A stretch of 64,000 nt of DNA from NCBI GenBank assembly GCA_022703445.1, contig JAKLDR010000003.1:36407-100406 (forward strand). The letters run 5' to 3'. A program made the position numbers and the translations under genes. How positions within the stretch are numbered: position 1 is the first letter of the stretch; the number at the start of each line of letters is the position of its first letter. Origin of the DNA: Planctomycetota bacterium (GTDB taxonomy: Bacteria > Planctomycetota > SZUA-567 > JAKLDR01). The notes beneath the pieces were generated by a model. That model had not been told where the DNA came from. It saw nothing but the letters and a program-made list of their open reading frames with translations, and made no database searches. This document shows, piece after piece, positions 35,911 to 45,798 of this stretch.

Positions 35911-36849
35911 CTAACCACCGCAGCCGCCGCAGCCCCCACCGCAACCGCCGCCTCCGCAGCCACCGCCACCGCCTCCGTCCCCACCCCCGCCGATGTCCAG
36001 CCCTCCCCAGCCACCCCCGCCGCAGCCGGAGCCGCAGCCTCCGGTCCAGCTGCCGCCGTCGCTGCCGGACTTGACCGCCTTGGGATAGGCCGTCTTCACA
36101 AACGGGAACTTGATGGCGGGCAGGGCGGCCAGTCCCCACAGGGCCGCCAGAAGCACAACCTCACTGCTGGCCCCTCCGGCGGCGAGATCCCGGGCCCGGG
36201 CCCTGAGCCCGCGGAAGGAGCGCCGCAGCTCGCTCAACAACCGGTCGCCCAGGGCCGTCCTTGGACGACGGGTCACCACGCGCACAGAGAAAATGGCTAT
36301 GCCGGCGAGGACCAGCAGGAAGATGACGTTGTGGTGCCCACGGGACACGGCCACGCAGATCTTGACGGCAGCCGTCCCCAGCAGGACGACCAGCGCGACG
36401 GTTATGGCGATGGCCCGCGCGCGCCGCCGGTCCGCTCCGGGGACGAGATCCAGCCGTTCCAGTTCCTCCTGGTACTGCTGGCATACGGCGCACACCGAGA
36501 GGGGAGGATGCTCGAAGATGGAACAGGCCGGGTTCCTCGTCTTGAAGTGCGTGAGGACGATCTTCTCCAGAGGACGCCGGACCATGGCCTCCGACCACTC
36601 TAGGGCCAGGACCTCCCCGTTGCTGGCCTTGAGCAGACCGCGGTCGATCAGCGACACGGTGGCCACCCGCAGGGCCTCGTCCCGTCCCCCGCGCAGATAG
36701 GCTATGGCATAGGGGTCGGTCAGGCGCGGCAGTTCCTGGTCTCCCGACTCGCTCCCCCAGAGCCAGAACCGCAGGGCGACCAGGACGGCGAATCCCAGGC
36801 CAACATAGAAGGCCAGAAATTCAGGCCCGGACAGGTCGAAGGGGTTCAT
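35911..36849 (-). CDS. TIGR04222-like membrane protein with Gly/Cys-rich C-terminal tail
   Basis: MNPFDLSGPEFLAFY start; DPYAIAYLRGG; TM helices; tail GGCGSGCGGG...GCGGGGCGGGCGGCGG. Confidence 0.85.
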   Translation of the reverse strand: MNPFDLSGPEFLAFYVGLGFAVLVALRFWLWGSESGDQELPRLTDPYAIAYLRGGRDEALRVATVSLIDRGLLKASNGEVLALEWSEAMVRRPLEKIVLTHFKTRNPACSIFEHPPLSVCAVCQQYQEELERLDLVPGADRRRARAIAITVALVVLLGTAAVKICVAVSRGHHNVIFLLVLAGIAIFSVRVVTRRPRTALGDRLLSELRRSFRGLRARARDLAAGGASSEVVLLAALWGLAALPAIKFPFVKTAYPKAVKSGSDGGSWTGGCGSGCGGGGWGGLDIGGGGDGGGGGGCGGGGCGGGCGGCGG

Positions 36850-37598
36850 CGCAGGTTCTCCCGCGCGAGGAATTCCTCCGCGCGGGCCTGGAGCGCTTCG
36901 GCCAGTTCCATCAGACGGAAGACCAGGCGGGGCCCCGCGCCGGGAGGAAGGCTCTCCCGTTCCCGCGCCTCGGAGATGCCGGCGAGCGCCTCGTCCCAGG
37001 GGCCGCCGGGCAGCCCGGAAGCCAGACGCCGGAGCGACTCACGGGGGGACGCGGCCGGACGACCCTCCAGGCAGCACAGGGCCGCGGCTCCGGAGCGCAG
37101 AGGACCGGCCACTCCGGCCACCACGGCGGCCAGCTGCTCCTCGCGCGCGCCGGCCAGAGCGTAACTGGCGCGCAGCCTCAGGCGCAGGTTGAGAAGCACC
37201 TGCCGGGCGTGGCGGGCCAGCAGGGCCGGGGGAATGCACCGGCCCTCGAACGGATCGCGGCCGAAGATCACCTGCCGGCGGACCAGCACGTCAGCGAACT
37301 TGACCGGGAAGGCCTCCATGGCCGCGGGGACCTCGGCCTCCAGCAGGAACATGATCTCCAGGCGCACAGCGGCATGGGCCAGGCTGCAGGCCTCGCGCAG
37401 GCCGTCGGCCAGCGTCCTATCGAAGCGCTTGAGCACCAGGATGAGGTTCACATCCGAGGCCGGCCGTATCCGGCCCTCGGCCGCCGAGCCGTACAACACG
37501 GCGGCGAGCAGATCCCCGCCGAGCGCGGCCCGGGCCGCGCCGAGAAACTCGTCGAGATGCTTCCGGACCATTTCCGTCATCGAACCGTCCCGACTCAT
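36846..37598 (-). CDS. Nucleotidyltransferase-domain protein (pol-beta-like)
   Basis: AVLYGSAAEGRIRPASDVNLILVL; helical C-terminal part. Confidence 0.75.
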   Translation of the reverse strand: MSRDGSMTEMVRKHLDEFLGAARAALGGDLLAAVLYGSAAEGRIRPASDVNLILVLKRFDRTLADGLREACSLAHAAVRLEIMFLLEAEVPAAMEAFPVKFADVLVRRQVIFGRDPFEGRCIPPALLARHARQVLLNLRLRLRASYALAGAREEQLAAVVAGVAGPLRSGAAALCCLEGRPAASPRESLRRLASGLPGGPWDEALAGISEARERESLPPGAGPRLVFRLMELAEALQARAEEFLARENLR

Positions 37599-37620
37599 GG
37601 CTTCCTCCCTACGACGGCCA

Positions 37621-38739
37621 TCACGCCCCAGCCCCGCTGCGAATCAGCGCCGCAACCTCCGAGTCGAATCCGCCCTGCGGATCATCCGCCGCATCCTGCC
37701 GGCGGGCCAGCCAGCATCCCGGATCGGCGCGGAAGGCGTCGCCGCCGGCCGCCAGGGCCAGGCATCGCGCGCCGCCGCGGCATTCCAGCGAGTGGAAGCA
37801 GCGCTCACATCCGGCCGGCACTCGCCGGCGGTCGCGGAGCTCCCTGAGAATCGGAGACTCGAAGTACAGGTCGCGCAACGATGCATGCCGGACGTCACCA
37901 ACCGGGAGCGGCAGGCGGCGGCAGGGCAGAACTGCTCCGTCGGGCAAAAGGGCCAGCAGGGACTCGCCGGCAACGCAGCGGTACGGGAGGCCGCCGGCGA
38001 CCAGGAACTGCAGCGCCCGGCCCATGGCGATCTCGGTGCGGCCGGCCGGCCGGCAGCGGCGCTCCCGCAGCATCAGCCGGAAGAACCCCTCGGCCTCCTC
38101 CGGCCCGAGGGTCGCACCCGAGAGGTCCGCGCCGCGACCGCAGGGCACCAGGCGATCGGCCCAGACCCGCCGGACGCCGAGCCGCCGTCCGAGGCCGGCC
38201 ACGTCCGGGAACTCCCGCCAGTTGCCACGGTGCGCGGTGAAGGCGATCACCGCGTGGATCCCGGCGGCCACCAGGTGACGCAGGCCGGCGGTGGCCGCCG
38301 CGTGACTGCCGCGCCCGCGGATGCGGTCGTGGGTCTCCTCTCCGCCCTCGACGCTCACCTGGACGAACGCCGGGCGGAGTTCCGCCAGGCGCCGGGCCAG
38401 GCCTCCGTCGATGAGCGTGCCGTTGGTCAGGATGGCGAAGGAACGGCGCGGAGAGGAGCCGGCCAGGAGCTCAAGCAGCCCCCACAGGTCGGGCCGCAGG
38501 AAGGGCTCGCCGCCGGTCAGGGTTATGTGGCCGCGCGCCGGGCGTCCGCCGAGGCGGCCCATCTCCGCCAGCAGCAACTCGAACTGGGCGAGGACTCCGG
38601 GCAGTTCCCCGAAGGGCATCTCCGTGCCGTCCGCGTCGTCCTGATAGCAGTGGGCGCAGCTCAGGTTGCAGCGATCAGTTAGGTGCCACTGAAGGAGAAG
38701 GCGGCCGACCGCCGGCTGGGCATGTTCCGGAAGCGGCAT
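37621..38739 (-). CDS. Radical SAM/SPASM domain protein
   Basis: CNLSCAHC, LTGGEPFL, ILTNG; C-terminal C...DGAVLPC...CERC...CRGGARC...DPGC; GGAGGG before ATG 38739. Confidence 0.9.
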   Translation of the reverse strand: MPLPEHAQPAVGRLLLQWHLTDRCNLSCAHCYQDDADGTEMPFGELPGVLAQFELLLAEMGRLGGRPARGHITLTGGEPFLRPDLWGLLELLAGSSPRRSFAILTNGTLIDGGLARRLAELRPAFVQVSVEGGEETHDRIRGRGSHAAATAGLRHLVAAGIHAVIAFTAHRGNWREFPDVAGLGRRLGVRRVWADRLVPCGRGADLSGATLGPEEAEGFFRLMLRERRCRPAGRTEIAMGRALQFLVAGGLPYRCVAGESLLALLPDGAVLPCRRLPLPVGDVRHASLRDLYFESPILRELRDRRRVPAGCERCFHSLECRGGARCLALAAGGDAFRADPGCWLARRQDAADDPQGGFDSEVAALIRSGAGA

Positions 38740-38915
38740 TCGGCCCTCCGCCACCGCGCCGGCGGCATCGCCCGCCCCGCGGCACCGGCGCGGATTATCC
38801 GCCGGCTCCGGAGGAAAGCAAGGCTCGGAACCGAGGCATGCTCCGGGCCAGGCACAGTCCACTCCCGGCGCCCAGGCCGAGGCCGGTCCGGGTGGGGAAG
38901 GGGCTTACCGGCCGA

Positions 38916-40082
38916 CTAAGATCCGCCGCCGGACGAAGCCGGCGTTCGGTCGTCGGCCGGGCCCGGCCGGCCCATCTCCCGCAGCCAGCGGTAGTGCGCG
39001 GCCACCCCCGCCCAGAACGAGCGGTGCTCACGGTACTTCACCCCGAAGTCCCGGCAGGTCTCCTCGACCACCTTGGACAGGGCCGGATAGTTGATGTGGC
39101 AGACTATCGGCAGCAGGTGGTGCTCGCAGTGATAGTTGAGTCCGCCCAGGGCCCAGGTGGCCACCGGGTTGCGCTTGGAGAAGTCCAGGGCCACCCGGGC
39201 CTGATGGACCGCCCAGGGCGTTTCGATGCGGCCGTCCCGCGGCAGCGGGAACTCCGACTCGGCCACGCAGTGCGGCAGCTGGAAGACGACGCTGAGCAGG
39301 ATGCCCAGGACCAGCACCACCACCCCATAGTAGAAGGCCACGACCCAGACGGGATGGAAGAGCAGCGGCATCCCGAAGGCCAGCGCCAGGAAGACCGCCT
39401 TGCCCCCCAGGAAGAGGGCCAGGTCCAGCCCCTTGGGCCGGGGGAAGCGGTGCGGGCCGAGCTGGCCGCTGAAGATGATCTTGAAGTCTGTGACCAACTG
39501 CAGTTTGACGGCCAGCAGGCCGTAGAGCGGCCAGAGGTAGAGATGCTGCCAGCGGTGGAACCACAGCCGCCGCTTGTGCGGGCTCAGCCGGCCGATCCCG
39601 CCCAGGTCGATGTCGGTGTCGTAGCCGGTGATATTGACGTAGCGGTGGTGGATGACGACGTGCTTGCGATGCCAGACATAGGAGCTGGCCCCGATCAGGT
39701 CCATGGTCATGGCCGCTAACTTGTTGACCCATGGGTGCGCCGAATAGGCCTTGTGGCCGCCGTCGTGCTGGATGTTGAAGCCGATGCCCGCCGTGCAGAT
39801 CCCCAGGGCAACGGCCAGCGACAGTCCCTGCCAAAGGGTCGAGGCCGCAAACACCAGGAGGACGTAGGAGGCCGCGAACGCGACGAGGATGACCGCTGAC
39901 TTGAGGTACATCTGCCAGCAGTCGCGCGGCCGCCGCCCGGTGGTGCGGAAGTACTCGTCGACCCGGCGGCGCAGCTCGAGTTCGAAGGCGTTGTCACCGG
40001 CGAATTCCAGGCGGACCGGCTCCGCCCCGGCTGGCTCGGGCCGGCGGGGAGGGCCTTCGCCCAGCATCTGTTCGTCCGACAT
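38916..40082 (-). CDS. Membrane fatty acid (acyl-lipid/acyl-CoA) desaturase
   Basis: Three histidine boxes QHDGGH, HVVIHH, HCEHH; TM segments. Confidence 0.9.
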   Translation of the reverse strand: MSDEQMLGEGPPRRPEPAGAEPVRLEFAGDNAFELELRRRVDEYFRTTGRRPRDCWQMYLKSAVILVAFAASYVLLVFAASTLWQGLSLAVALGICTAGIGFNIQHDGGHKAYSAHPWVNKLAAMTMDLIGASSYVWHRKHVVIHHRYVNITGYDTDIDLGGIGRLSPHKRRLWFHRWQHLYLWPLYGLLAVKLQLVTDFKIIFSGQLGPHRFPRPKGLDLALFLGGKAVFLALAFGMPLLFHPVWVVAFYYGVVVLVLGILLSVVFQLPHCVAESEFPLPRDGRIETPWAVHQARVALDFSKRNPVATWALGGLNYHCEHHLLPIVCHINYPALSKVVEETCRDFGVKYREHRSFWAGVAAHYRWLREMGRPGPADDRTPASSGGGS

Positions 40083-40266
40083 GATGGTTCCCGGCAACGG
40101 TTCCAACACCCGCTCCCCAGACGGTGTCGCTCTGTCATTCCTGGTCCCCGCCAACGACCAAGGCCGGGGGCCGAGACTAGTAACGCGTTCGAGGGCAATA
40201 CTCATCCCGAGTTCGTCGCCCCAACCGCACGCTGCGACCGGCCCGGACGCCGGCGCAGTAGAGCGG

Positions 40267-43200
40267 CTATGGCTGGGCGGTCTTCCTGTCCAACACCTCT
40301 CGGATCTTCGCGGCCAGCGCCTCGGCCGTGAAAGGCTTGCCGATGAAGTCCACGCCGTCGGCCAGAATCCCGCGCTGAACTATGTGCTTCTCGGCGTGGC
40401 CGGACATGAACAGCACCCGCTTGACCTTGCCGCGGTCCTTGAGCATTTTGACCAGCGTGGGCCCGCTCACCCCGGGCAGGACCACGTCGGAGAGCAGCAG
40501 GTCGACCGGCCCCTCGCGCGCCTCGGCCTTGCGGATGGCGTCGCCCGCGGTCCTGCAGGGCAGCACCATGTACCCCAGCTCCTGGAGCTCGTCGGTCAGG
40601 AGCTGGCAGACGGAGGGCTCGTCCTCCAGGAGGAGGATGGTCTCGGACCCGCGCGGCGTGGCGGCCTTGGGTTCGTTCGGGGCGGCGTTGGTCGCCCCTC
40701 TCGCGTTCTCCGTCCCCTCGGCCGGGAAGTAGATGCTGAAGGTCGTGCCTCGCCCGGCCAGGCTGTCCACGCGGATGTGGCCGCCGCTCTGCTGAACGAT
40801 CCCGTATACCGAGGACAGCCCCAGGCCGGTGCCATCCCCGACCTGCTTGGTGGTGAAGAACGGCTCGAAGAGATGCTCGCGGGCCTCCGCGCTCAAGCCC
40901 GCCCCGGTGTCGGCGACGGCCAAGAGCGCGTAACGGCCCGGGGGAATGTCCCCGTGACCCCCGCTGGCGGCGGCCGGGATCCGGATGTTCGCCGTGCGGA
41001 TGATGAAGCGCCCCCCGGCGGGCATGGCGTCCCGGGCATTGGCGGCCAGGTTCATGATGACCTGGGCGATCTGGGTCGGGTCGGCCAGCACCGGCCAGGG
41101 GTCGGACTGGAGTTCGAAGGCCACGGCGATGTCCTCGCCCAGGACCGTGGGCAGCATCTTGCGCATTCCGTCCACGGTTTCGTTGAGATCCAACACCACC
41201 GGGTTGATGACCTGCTTGCGGCTGAAAGCCAGGAGCTGCCGGGTCAGGTTGACGGCCTGTTCGCCGGCCTTGGTCATCTGTTCGACGGCGGAACGATGCC
41301 CGGCGCCCAGCCCGCCGTCGCGCAGCACCCGCCGGCCGTAGCCGGTGACCACCGTCATCAGATTGTTGAAGTCGTGAGCCACGCCGCCGGCCAGCCGCCC
41401 CACAGCCTCCAACTTCTGGGAATGGGCCAGCTGCTCCGTGGCCTTCCTGAGCCCCGCCTCGGCCCGCTCGCGCTCGGCTATTTCCTCCCGGAGGGTGCCG
41501 ACCAGCCGCTCCAGCTCATTGGTGCGCTCACGAACCAGCTCCTCCAGGCGCTCCCGGTGCTGCTGGAGCGCCTGCTCCGCCCGCTGGCGTTGTATGGCGA
41601 TGGACACCAGGTCGGCCACCGCTTTCATGAGGGACAGCTCGTCGGCGGCAAAGCGCGGGCGCGTCCTGGTGCCGAACGACAGCGTGCCCAGCACCTCCCC
41701 CTGGGCCATCAGCGGGTGGCAGGCGTAGGCCTGGATGCCGTAGGACTTGACCAGTTCGGTGCGCGGGTCGGGCGTCTCCTGGATGTTCTCGGCCACGATG
41801 CGCTGGGCGCTCTGCGCCGCGCACCCGCAGACGGCCACGCCGTAGTCCAGCCACTGGATCTCGCGGGCCTCCTCCTCTGGGATGCCGGCGCAGGCGTTGA
41901 GGCGCAGCCGCCCGGAGGGTTTGTCGGCCAGGAAATTGAAGAAGGCCTGGCAGTCCAGGAAGGCCATGACCTCCCGGCAGAGGCCCTCCACCGTGGCCTG
42001 GGGGGAGCCGGCCTTGAGGAGCTCCCCGGCCGTCTTGGCCAGGACGTCGTTGCGCCAGTTGCTGCGGCGCAGGTTCTCCTCAGCCCGCTTGCGTTCGGAG
42101 ATGTCCATGCCCGTGGCGACGGCACCGCGCACCCGACCATGAGCATCGAAGAGCGGCACGGCGCTCATGAGCAGGGATAGCACACGCCCGTCCGGGAACC
42201 GCAGTTCGATCGTTTCGTTGGCCACCGGCCGGCCGGTGGCGGCCGCAACCTGTGCGGGCAGTTCCTCGGGTCTCAGCTCCACCCCGTCGCGGAACGCCTT
42301 GTAGGTAGTGGCCGCATCACCCGGCGAGGCACTGGCGGAGATGTTCGCGCCCCGCGGCACCCGCATTACCAGCGCGTCGGCATAGCTGTTGCCGGTGATC
42401 CGCAGACACCGGGGGTCGTGCGCAATCCACACGGCCACGGGAGCGGCGTCCAGCAGCGTCTGGACCTCCGCGGCGCGCAGTTCGGCCTCGGCCCGGGCTG
42501 AGGCCAGCGCCTCTTCGCCCCGCTTGCGCTCGGTGATGTCGAAGCACAGGCCGGACATGCGCACCGCTTTGCCGTTCCCGTCCCGGCTGGTTTCGCCGAC
42601 GGCACTGATCCAGCGCACTTCCCCCGAGGGCAGGACCACCCGGTACTCATTGTTGAGTCTGGTGCCATCGCGGATGGCGGCGTTCCCCCGCTCCTCTGCA
42701 GCCTGGCGGTCGTCCGGATGCATGATCTCGCGCCAGGTGTCGAAATCGGCCACCTTCCTGGACGGGTCCAGCCCGAACAGACGGTACAGCTCGGGAGACC
42801 AGTCCAGCCTGGCCGTGGCCAGGTCCCAGTCCCAGGCTCCGGCTCCCGCCGATTGCTGCGCGATTGCCAGTTTGCCGTGAGCGGCCTGCAGCGCCTGCTC
42901 GGCCCGCGCGCGCTCCGCTCGCGCGCGGAGCGCGGCGATCCCTTGGGACAGGTCGCCGGCCAGTTCAGCCAGCAGTCGGGTCTCGTCCTCCGAGAACGCA
43001 TCCGGTTCCTGCGAGTAGACGTTGATGGCTCCGAAGGCCTTGCCTCCCTCCAGGAGCGGCAGGACCACGGACGAAGCATAGCCGCGCCTGCGGGCATCCT
43101 CGCACCAGGGCGCAAAGGCCGGGTCGACGAGCATGTTCCGGCAGCCGGTCGGCCGGCCCGTGCGGATGGCCGTGCCCGTGGGGCCGCGGCCGCGCTCGGT

Positions 43201-44937
43201 GTCGGCCCAGGTGATCTGCAGGGTTGCGAGGTACCCCGCCTCCATACCGGCCCAGGCCACCGGCCGGACGGTCTTGGCCTCGTCGTCATCGGCGTAGCCG
43301 ATCCAAACCATGGCGTGGCCGCAGTCCTCGCTGACGATCCGGCAGACCTCCCTGAGGTACTGGCCCTCGTCCTCGGCGCGCAGCATGGCCTGATTGCTGT
43401 TGCTGATCGCCCGCAGGGCGCGGTTGAGCTTGCGGAGTTCGGCCTCATGGGCGTCGCGCTCGGCCAGCAACCGGGCCAGCTTGATGTTGCCGTAGCTCAG
43501 CTGCGAGATCATCCGGGCCAGCTTCAGGAAGAAGCGCATGCCCGTTTCCACCGCCTCACGGCTCAAGCGCGGCACCCGGTCGAGCGCGGCCAGGTAGCCT
43601 GCCTCGTCGAACCCGTAGCGCCGGGACTGCGATCTGAAGAGCTCGCGATCGGGCTGTTCGTCATCGAAGAAGAACTGGCCCATGAACACGTTGCCGACGT
43701 GCCGCTCGCCGATCATGATCGGCGTCGAGACGTCCCACATGTGGTTCTTGCACTTGTAGAGCTTGAACTCTCCCGCCGGCACGTCCTTGGTCAACAACAG
43801 GTCGCTCTCGACGCAGTTGCGGCAGGTCTCGGGATGCACGCGGTGGAACTGCGTGCAGATGTCCTGCCAGCCCTCGCCGACCAGCACCTTGCCCTTGAGG
43901 TCGATGATGGCCATGGGCACGCCGACCAGCTTGTGGAACTCGTCCATCAGCGACTGGATGGCCCCGGCGTCGATGATGTCGGACAGCTCCAGATGGCCAA
44001 CATCGCCCTCGGGGGTCAGGATGCTCTCGAGTTTGCGGCGGACACGCTCCTCGCTCTCCCGCAGGGCCTCCTGCGCGCGGCGCTTGTCGGTGGCGTCGTG
44101 GAAGACCAGCACCGCGCCGGTCACGACGCCGGCCGCGTCGCGAATGGGGGCGGCGCTGTCCTCGATGGGCACCTGGCGGCCGTCGCGGGAAATCAGAGCG
44201 GTGTGGTTGGCCAGGGCGATTACCTTGCCCTCACGGAGCACGCGGGTGAAGACGTCTTCGCCAGGCGCCCCGGTCTGCTCGTCGACAATCCGGAACACCT
44301 CCTGCGCCGGCCGGCCGATGGCCTCCGCCTCGGGCCAGCCGGTCAGTTCCGAGGCGCTCGGGTTGATGAACGCGATCTTCCCGGAGGAATCGGCCGCCAG
44401 CACGGCATCGCCGATGCTGACCAGCGTGACCCGCAGCCATTCGCGCTGCTGAGCGAGCGCCTCCCGGCTCTCGCGCAGCGCCGCTTCGCGGTCGTAGGCC
44501 GCCGCCTTGGTCCGGTCGCGCCGGTAGAGCGCGGCGACGGCGCTCATGAACAGGCCCATGCCGGCGAAGATGACCAGCCCCAGGCGTTCGACGGGTGACT
44601 CGACGGCCAGCCCTTCCGGAGGAAGGATCCACAGCGCCGTGGCCAGCATGGACAGGGCGGTGGCCAGCAGGCCCGGCCAGAAACCGGCCAGCAGCGCCGC
44701 GGCCATGACCATGGGATAGAACGTGATGTAGGTGGGCAGTCCGGGGCCGACCCAGGCGGTCAGCGCCAGCCGCAGGCCCAGCCCAGCCGCCGCCGCCGCC
44801 GCCGCCAGGCCGAAGCGCCACGCCCACCCGAGCGGCGCCTGCGGCCGGAGGCCCGCCGGGAACGGAGCGATCAGCCCGATCCATCGGCTCAGGACGTTCT
44901 GGTCGGACGATCCGGGTGCTTCTGAGTCAGGCGTCAT
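40267..44937 (-). CDS. Hybrid sensor kinase: TM sensor - PAS - PocR - GAF - PAS - PAS - GAF - HisKA - HATPase - REC
   Basis: H-box GGVAHDFNNLM, N-box NLAANARDAM, GTGLGL; PocR-like WQDICTQFHR..HPET..NC; REC DLLLSDVVLP. Confidence 0.9.
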   Translation of the reverse strand: MTPDSEAPGSSDQNVLSRWIGLIAPFPAGLRPQAPLGWAWRFGLAAAAAAAGLGLRLALTAWVGPGLPTYITFYPMVMAAALLAGFWPGLLATALSMLATALWILPPEGLAVESPVERLGLVIFAGMGLFMSAVAALYRRDRTKAAAYDREAALRESREALAQQREWLRVTLVSIGDAVLAADSSGKIAFINPSASELTGWPEAEAIGRPAQEVFRIVDEQTGAPGEDVFTRVLREGKVIALANHTALISRDGRQVPIEDSAAPIRDAAGVVTGAVLVFHDATDKRRAQEALRESEERVRRKLESILTPEGDVGHLELSDIIDAGAIQSLMDEFHKLVGVPMAIIDLKGKVLVGEGWQDICTQFHRVHPETCRNCVESDLLLTKDVPAGEFKLYKCKNHMWDVSTPIMIGERHVGNVFMGQFFFDDEQPDRELFRSQSRRYGFDEAGYLAALDRVPRLSREAVETGMRFFLKLARMISQLSYGNIKLARLLAERDAHEAELRKLNRALRAISNSNQAMLRAEDEGQYLREVCRIVSEDCGHAMVWIGYADDDEAKTVRPVAWAGMEAGYLATLQITWADTERGRGPTGTAIRTGRPTGCRNMLVDPAFAPWCEDARRRGYASSVVLPLLEGGKAFGAINVYSQEPDAFSEDETRLLAELAGDLSQGIAALRARAERARAEQALQAAHGKLAIAQQSAGAGAWDWDLATARLDWSPELYRLFGLDPSRKVADFDTWREIMHPDDRQAAEERGNAAIRDGTRLNNEYRVVLPSGEVRWISAVGETSRDGNGKAVRMSGLCFDITERKRGEEALASARAEAELRAAEVQTLLDAAPVAVWIAHDPRCLRITGNSYADALVMRVPRGANISASASPGDAATTYKAFRDGVELRPEELPAQVAAATGRPVANETIELRFPDGRVLSLLMSAVPLFDAHGRVRGAVATGMDISERKRAEENLRRSNWRNDVLAKTAGELLKAGSPQATVEGLCREVMAFLDCQAFFNFLADKPSGRLRLNACAGIPEEEAREIQWLDYGVAVCGCAAQSAQRIVAENIQETPDPRTELVKSYGIQAYACHPLMAQGEVLGTLSFGTRTRPRFAADELSLMKAVADLVSIAIQRQRAEQALQQHRERLEELVRERTNELERLVGTLREEIAERERAEAGLRKATEQLAHSQKLEAVGRLAGGVAHDFNNLMTVVTGYGRRVLRDGGLGAGHRSAVEQMTKAGEQAVNLTRQLLAFSRKQVINPVVLDLNETVDGMRKMLPTVLGEDIAVAFELQSDPWPVLADPTQIAQVIMNLAANARDAMPAGGRFIIRTANIRIPAAASGGHGDIPPGRYALLAVADTGAGLSAEAREHLFEPFFTTKQVGDGTGLGLSSVYGIVQQSGGHIRVDSLAGRGTTFSIYFPAEGTENARGATNAAPNEPKAATPRGSETILLLEDEPSVCQLLTDELQELGYMVLPCRTAGDAIRKAEAREGPVDLLLSDVVLPGVSGPTLVKMLKDRGKVKRVLFMSGHAEKHIVQRGILADGVDFIGKPFTAEALAAKIREVLDRKTAQP

Positions 44938-45032
44938 GCTGTTAGTAGCCCAGACTGCCTGGCAGCGTCGGCCGCCCCTATTCCAGATGGTCGATCATGC
45001 AGGACCAACCCGATGTTTCAAGCGCAACAGAT

Positions 45033-45608
45033 TCAGGCCCGGAGACCGTTGGCCGTGGCGTAGCCGGCCAGCTGTCTCTTGAGCATCTGCCGGCCCCGGA
45101 AGATCCGGCTCATGACCGTGCCTATCGGACACCGCAGGGCACGGGCGATTTCCGCATAGCTCAGATCCTCCACTGCGGAAAGCAGCAGCGGGATGCGGAA
45201 GTCCGCCGGAATTGATGCCACCGCCCTGCTGACCTCGTCATCCAGGCCCTCCGAGAAGGAGCGGCCTCCGTCGGGGAGGGAGTCGCCCTCACCCGTACCC
45301 ATGAAGGGCTGCACGTCCTCGTAGCGGACGTTCTCAAACCTGGCGGAGCAGCGGCTGAAGCGGTCCACATTGAGGTTCGAAAGGATCTTGAGCAGCCAGG
45401 CCTTGCAGTTGGTGTCCGCCCTGAACCGGTGGAAGGCCCGGAAGGCCCGATAGTAGGCCTCCTGCACCAGATCGTCGGCATCGTGGTCGTTGCGGGTCAT
45501 GTAGCGCGCCACCCGATACACCGAGTCGAGATGCGGCAGCGCAATCCTCTCGAAATCTGTCTTGGCATCCGACTTCTCCGGGGCTTCCTTCACGATCGCT
45601 CTGATCAC
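45033..45608 (-). CDS. ECF RNA polymerase sigma factor
   Basis: DADDLVQEAYYRAF, AWLLKIL, SYAEIARALRCPIGTVMSRIFRGR; GTG 45608 with AAGGAG. Confidence 0.88.
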   Translation of the reverse strand: MIRAIVKEAPEKSDAKTDFERIALPHLDSVYRVARYMTRNDHDADDLVQEAYYRAFRAFHRFRADTNCKAWLLKILSNLNVDRFSRCSARFENVRYEDVQPFMGTGEGDSLPDGGRSFSEGLDDEVSRAVASIPADFRIPLLLSAVEDLSYAEIARALRCPIGTVMSRIFRGRQMLKRQLAGYATANGLRA

Positions 45609-45653
45609 CGGCAGCTCCTTTCGTCGTTTTCCCTTATTGGCGATGGGCCATTG

Positions 45654-45669
45654 AGCAACGCTCATGCCA
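45654..45669 (-). promoter_or_regulatory. sigma54 (-24/-12) promoter
   Basis: TGGCATG-AGCG-TTGCT on the minus strand. Confidence 0.75.
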
Positions 45670-45798
45670 CCTGCGTCGACCGCCAGCGCCATAGCGTTTG
45701 GCTCTGAACCGGGGCTACAGTCGACTTGCCCGGCATAGCCGATTGCGATGGTCGGGTGGGTGGACCATAGCGTTTGGCTGCGGTCACGGCATGGTCGG

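Noticed and set aside
38817-38832. GGTTCCGAGCCTTGCT (minus strand) as a sigma54 promoter for the radical SAM operon
   Set aside because: It shares the -12 half with 49433..49448, but the GG is one base out of the required GG-N10-GC spacing.
40194-40209. CGGGATG-AGTA-TTGCC (minus strand) upstream of the desaturase as a sixth sigma54 promoter
   Set aside because: The spacing is right but the -24 element is poor; not counted without TSS data.
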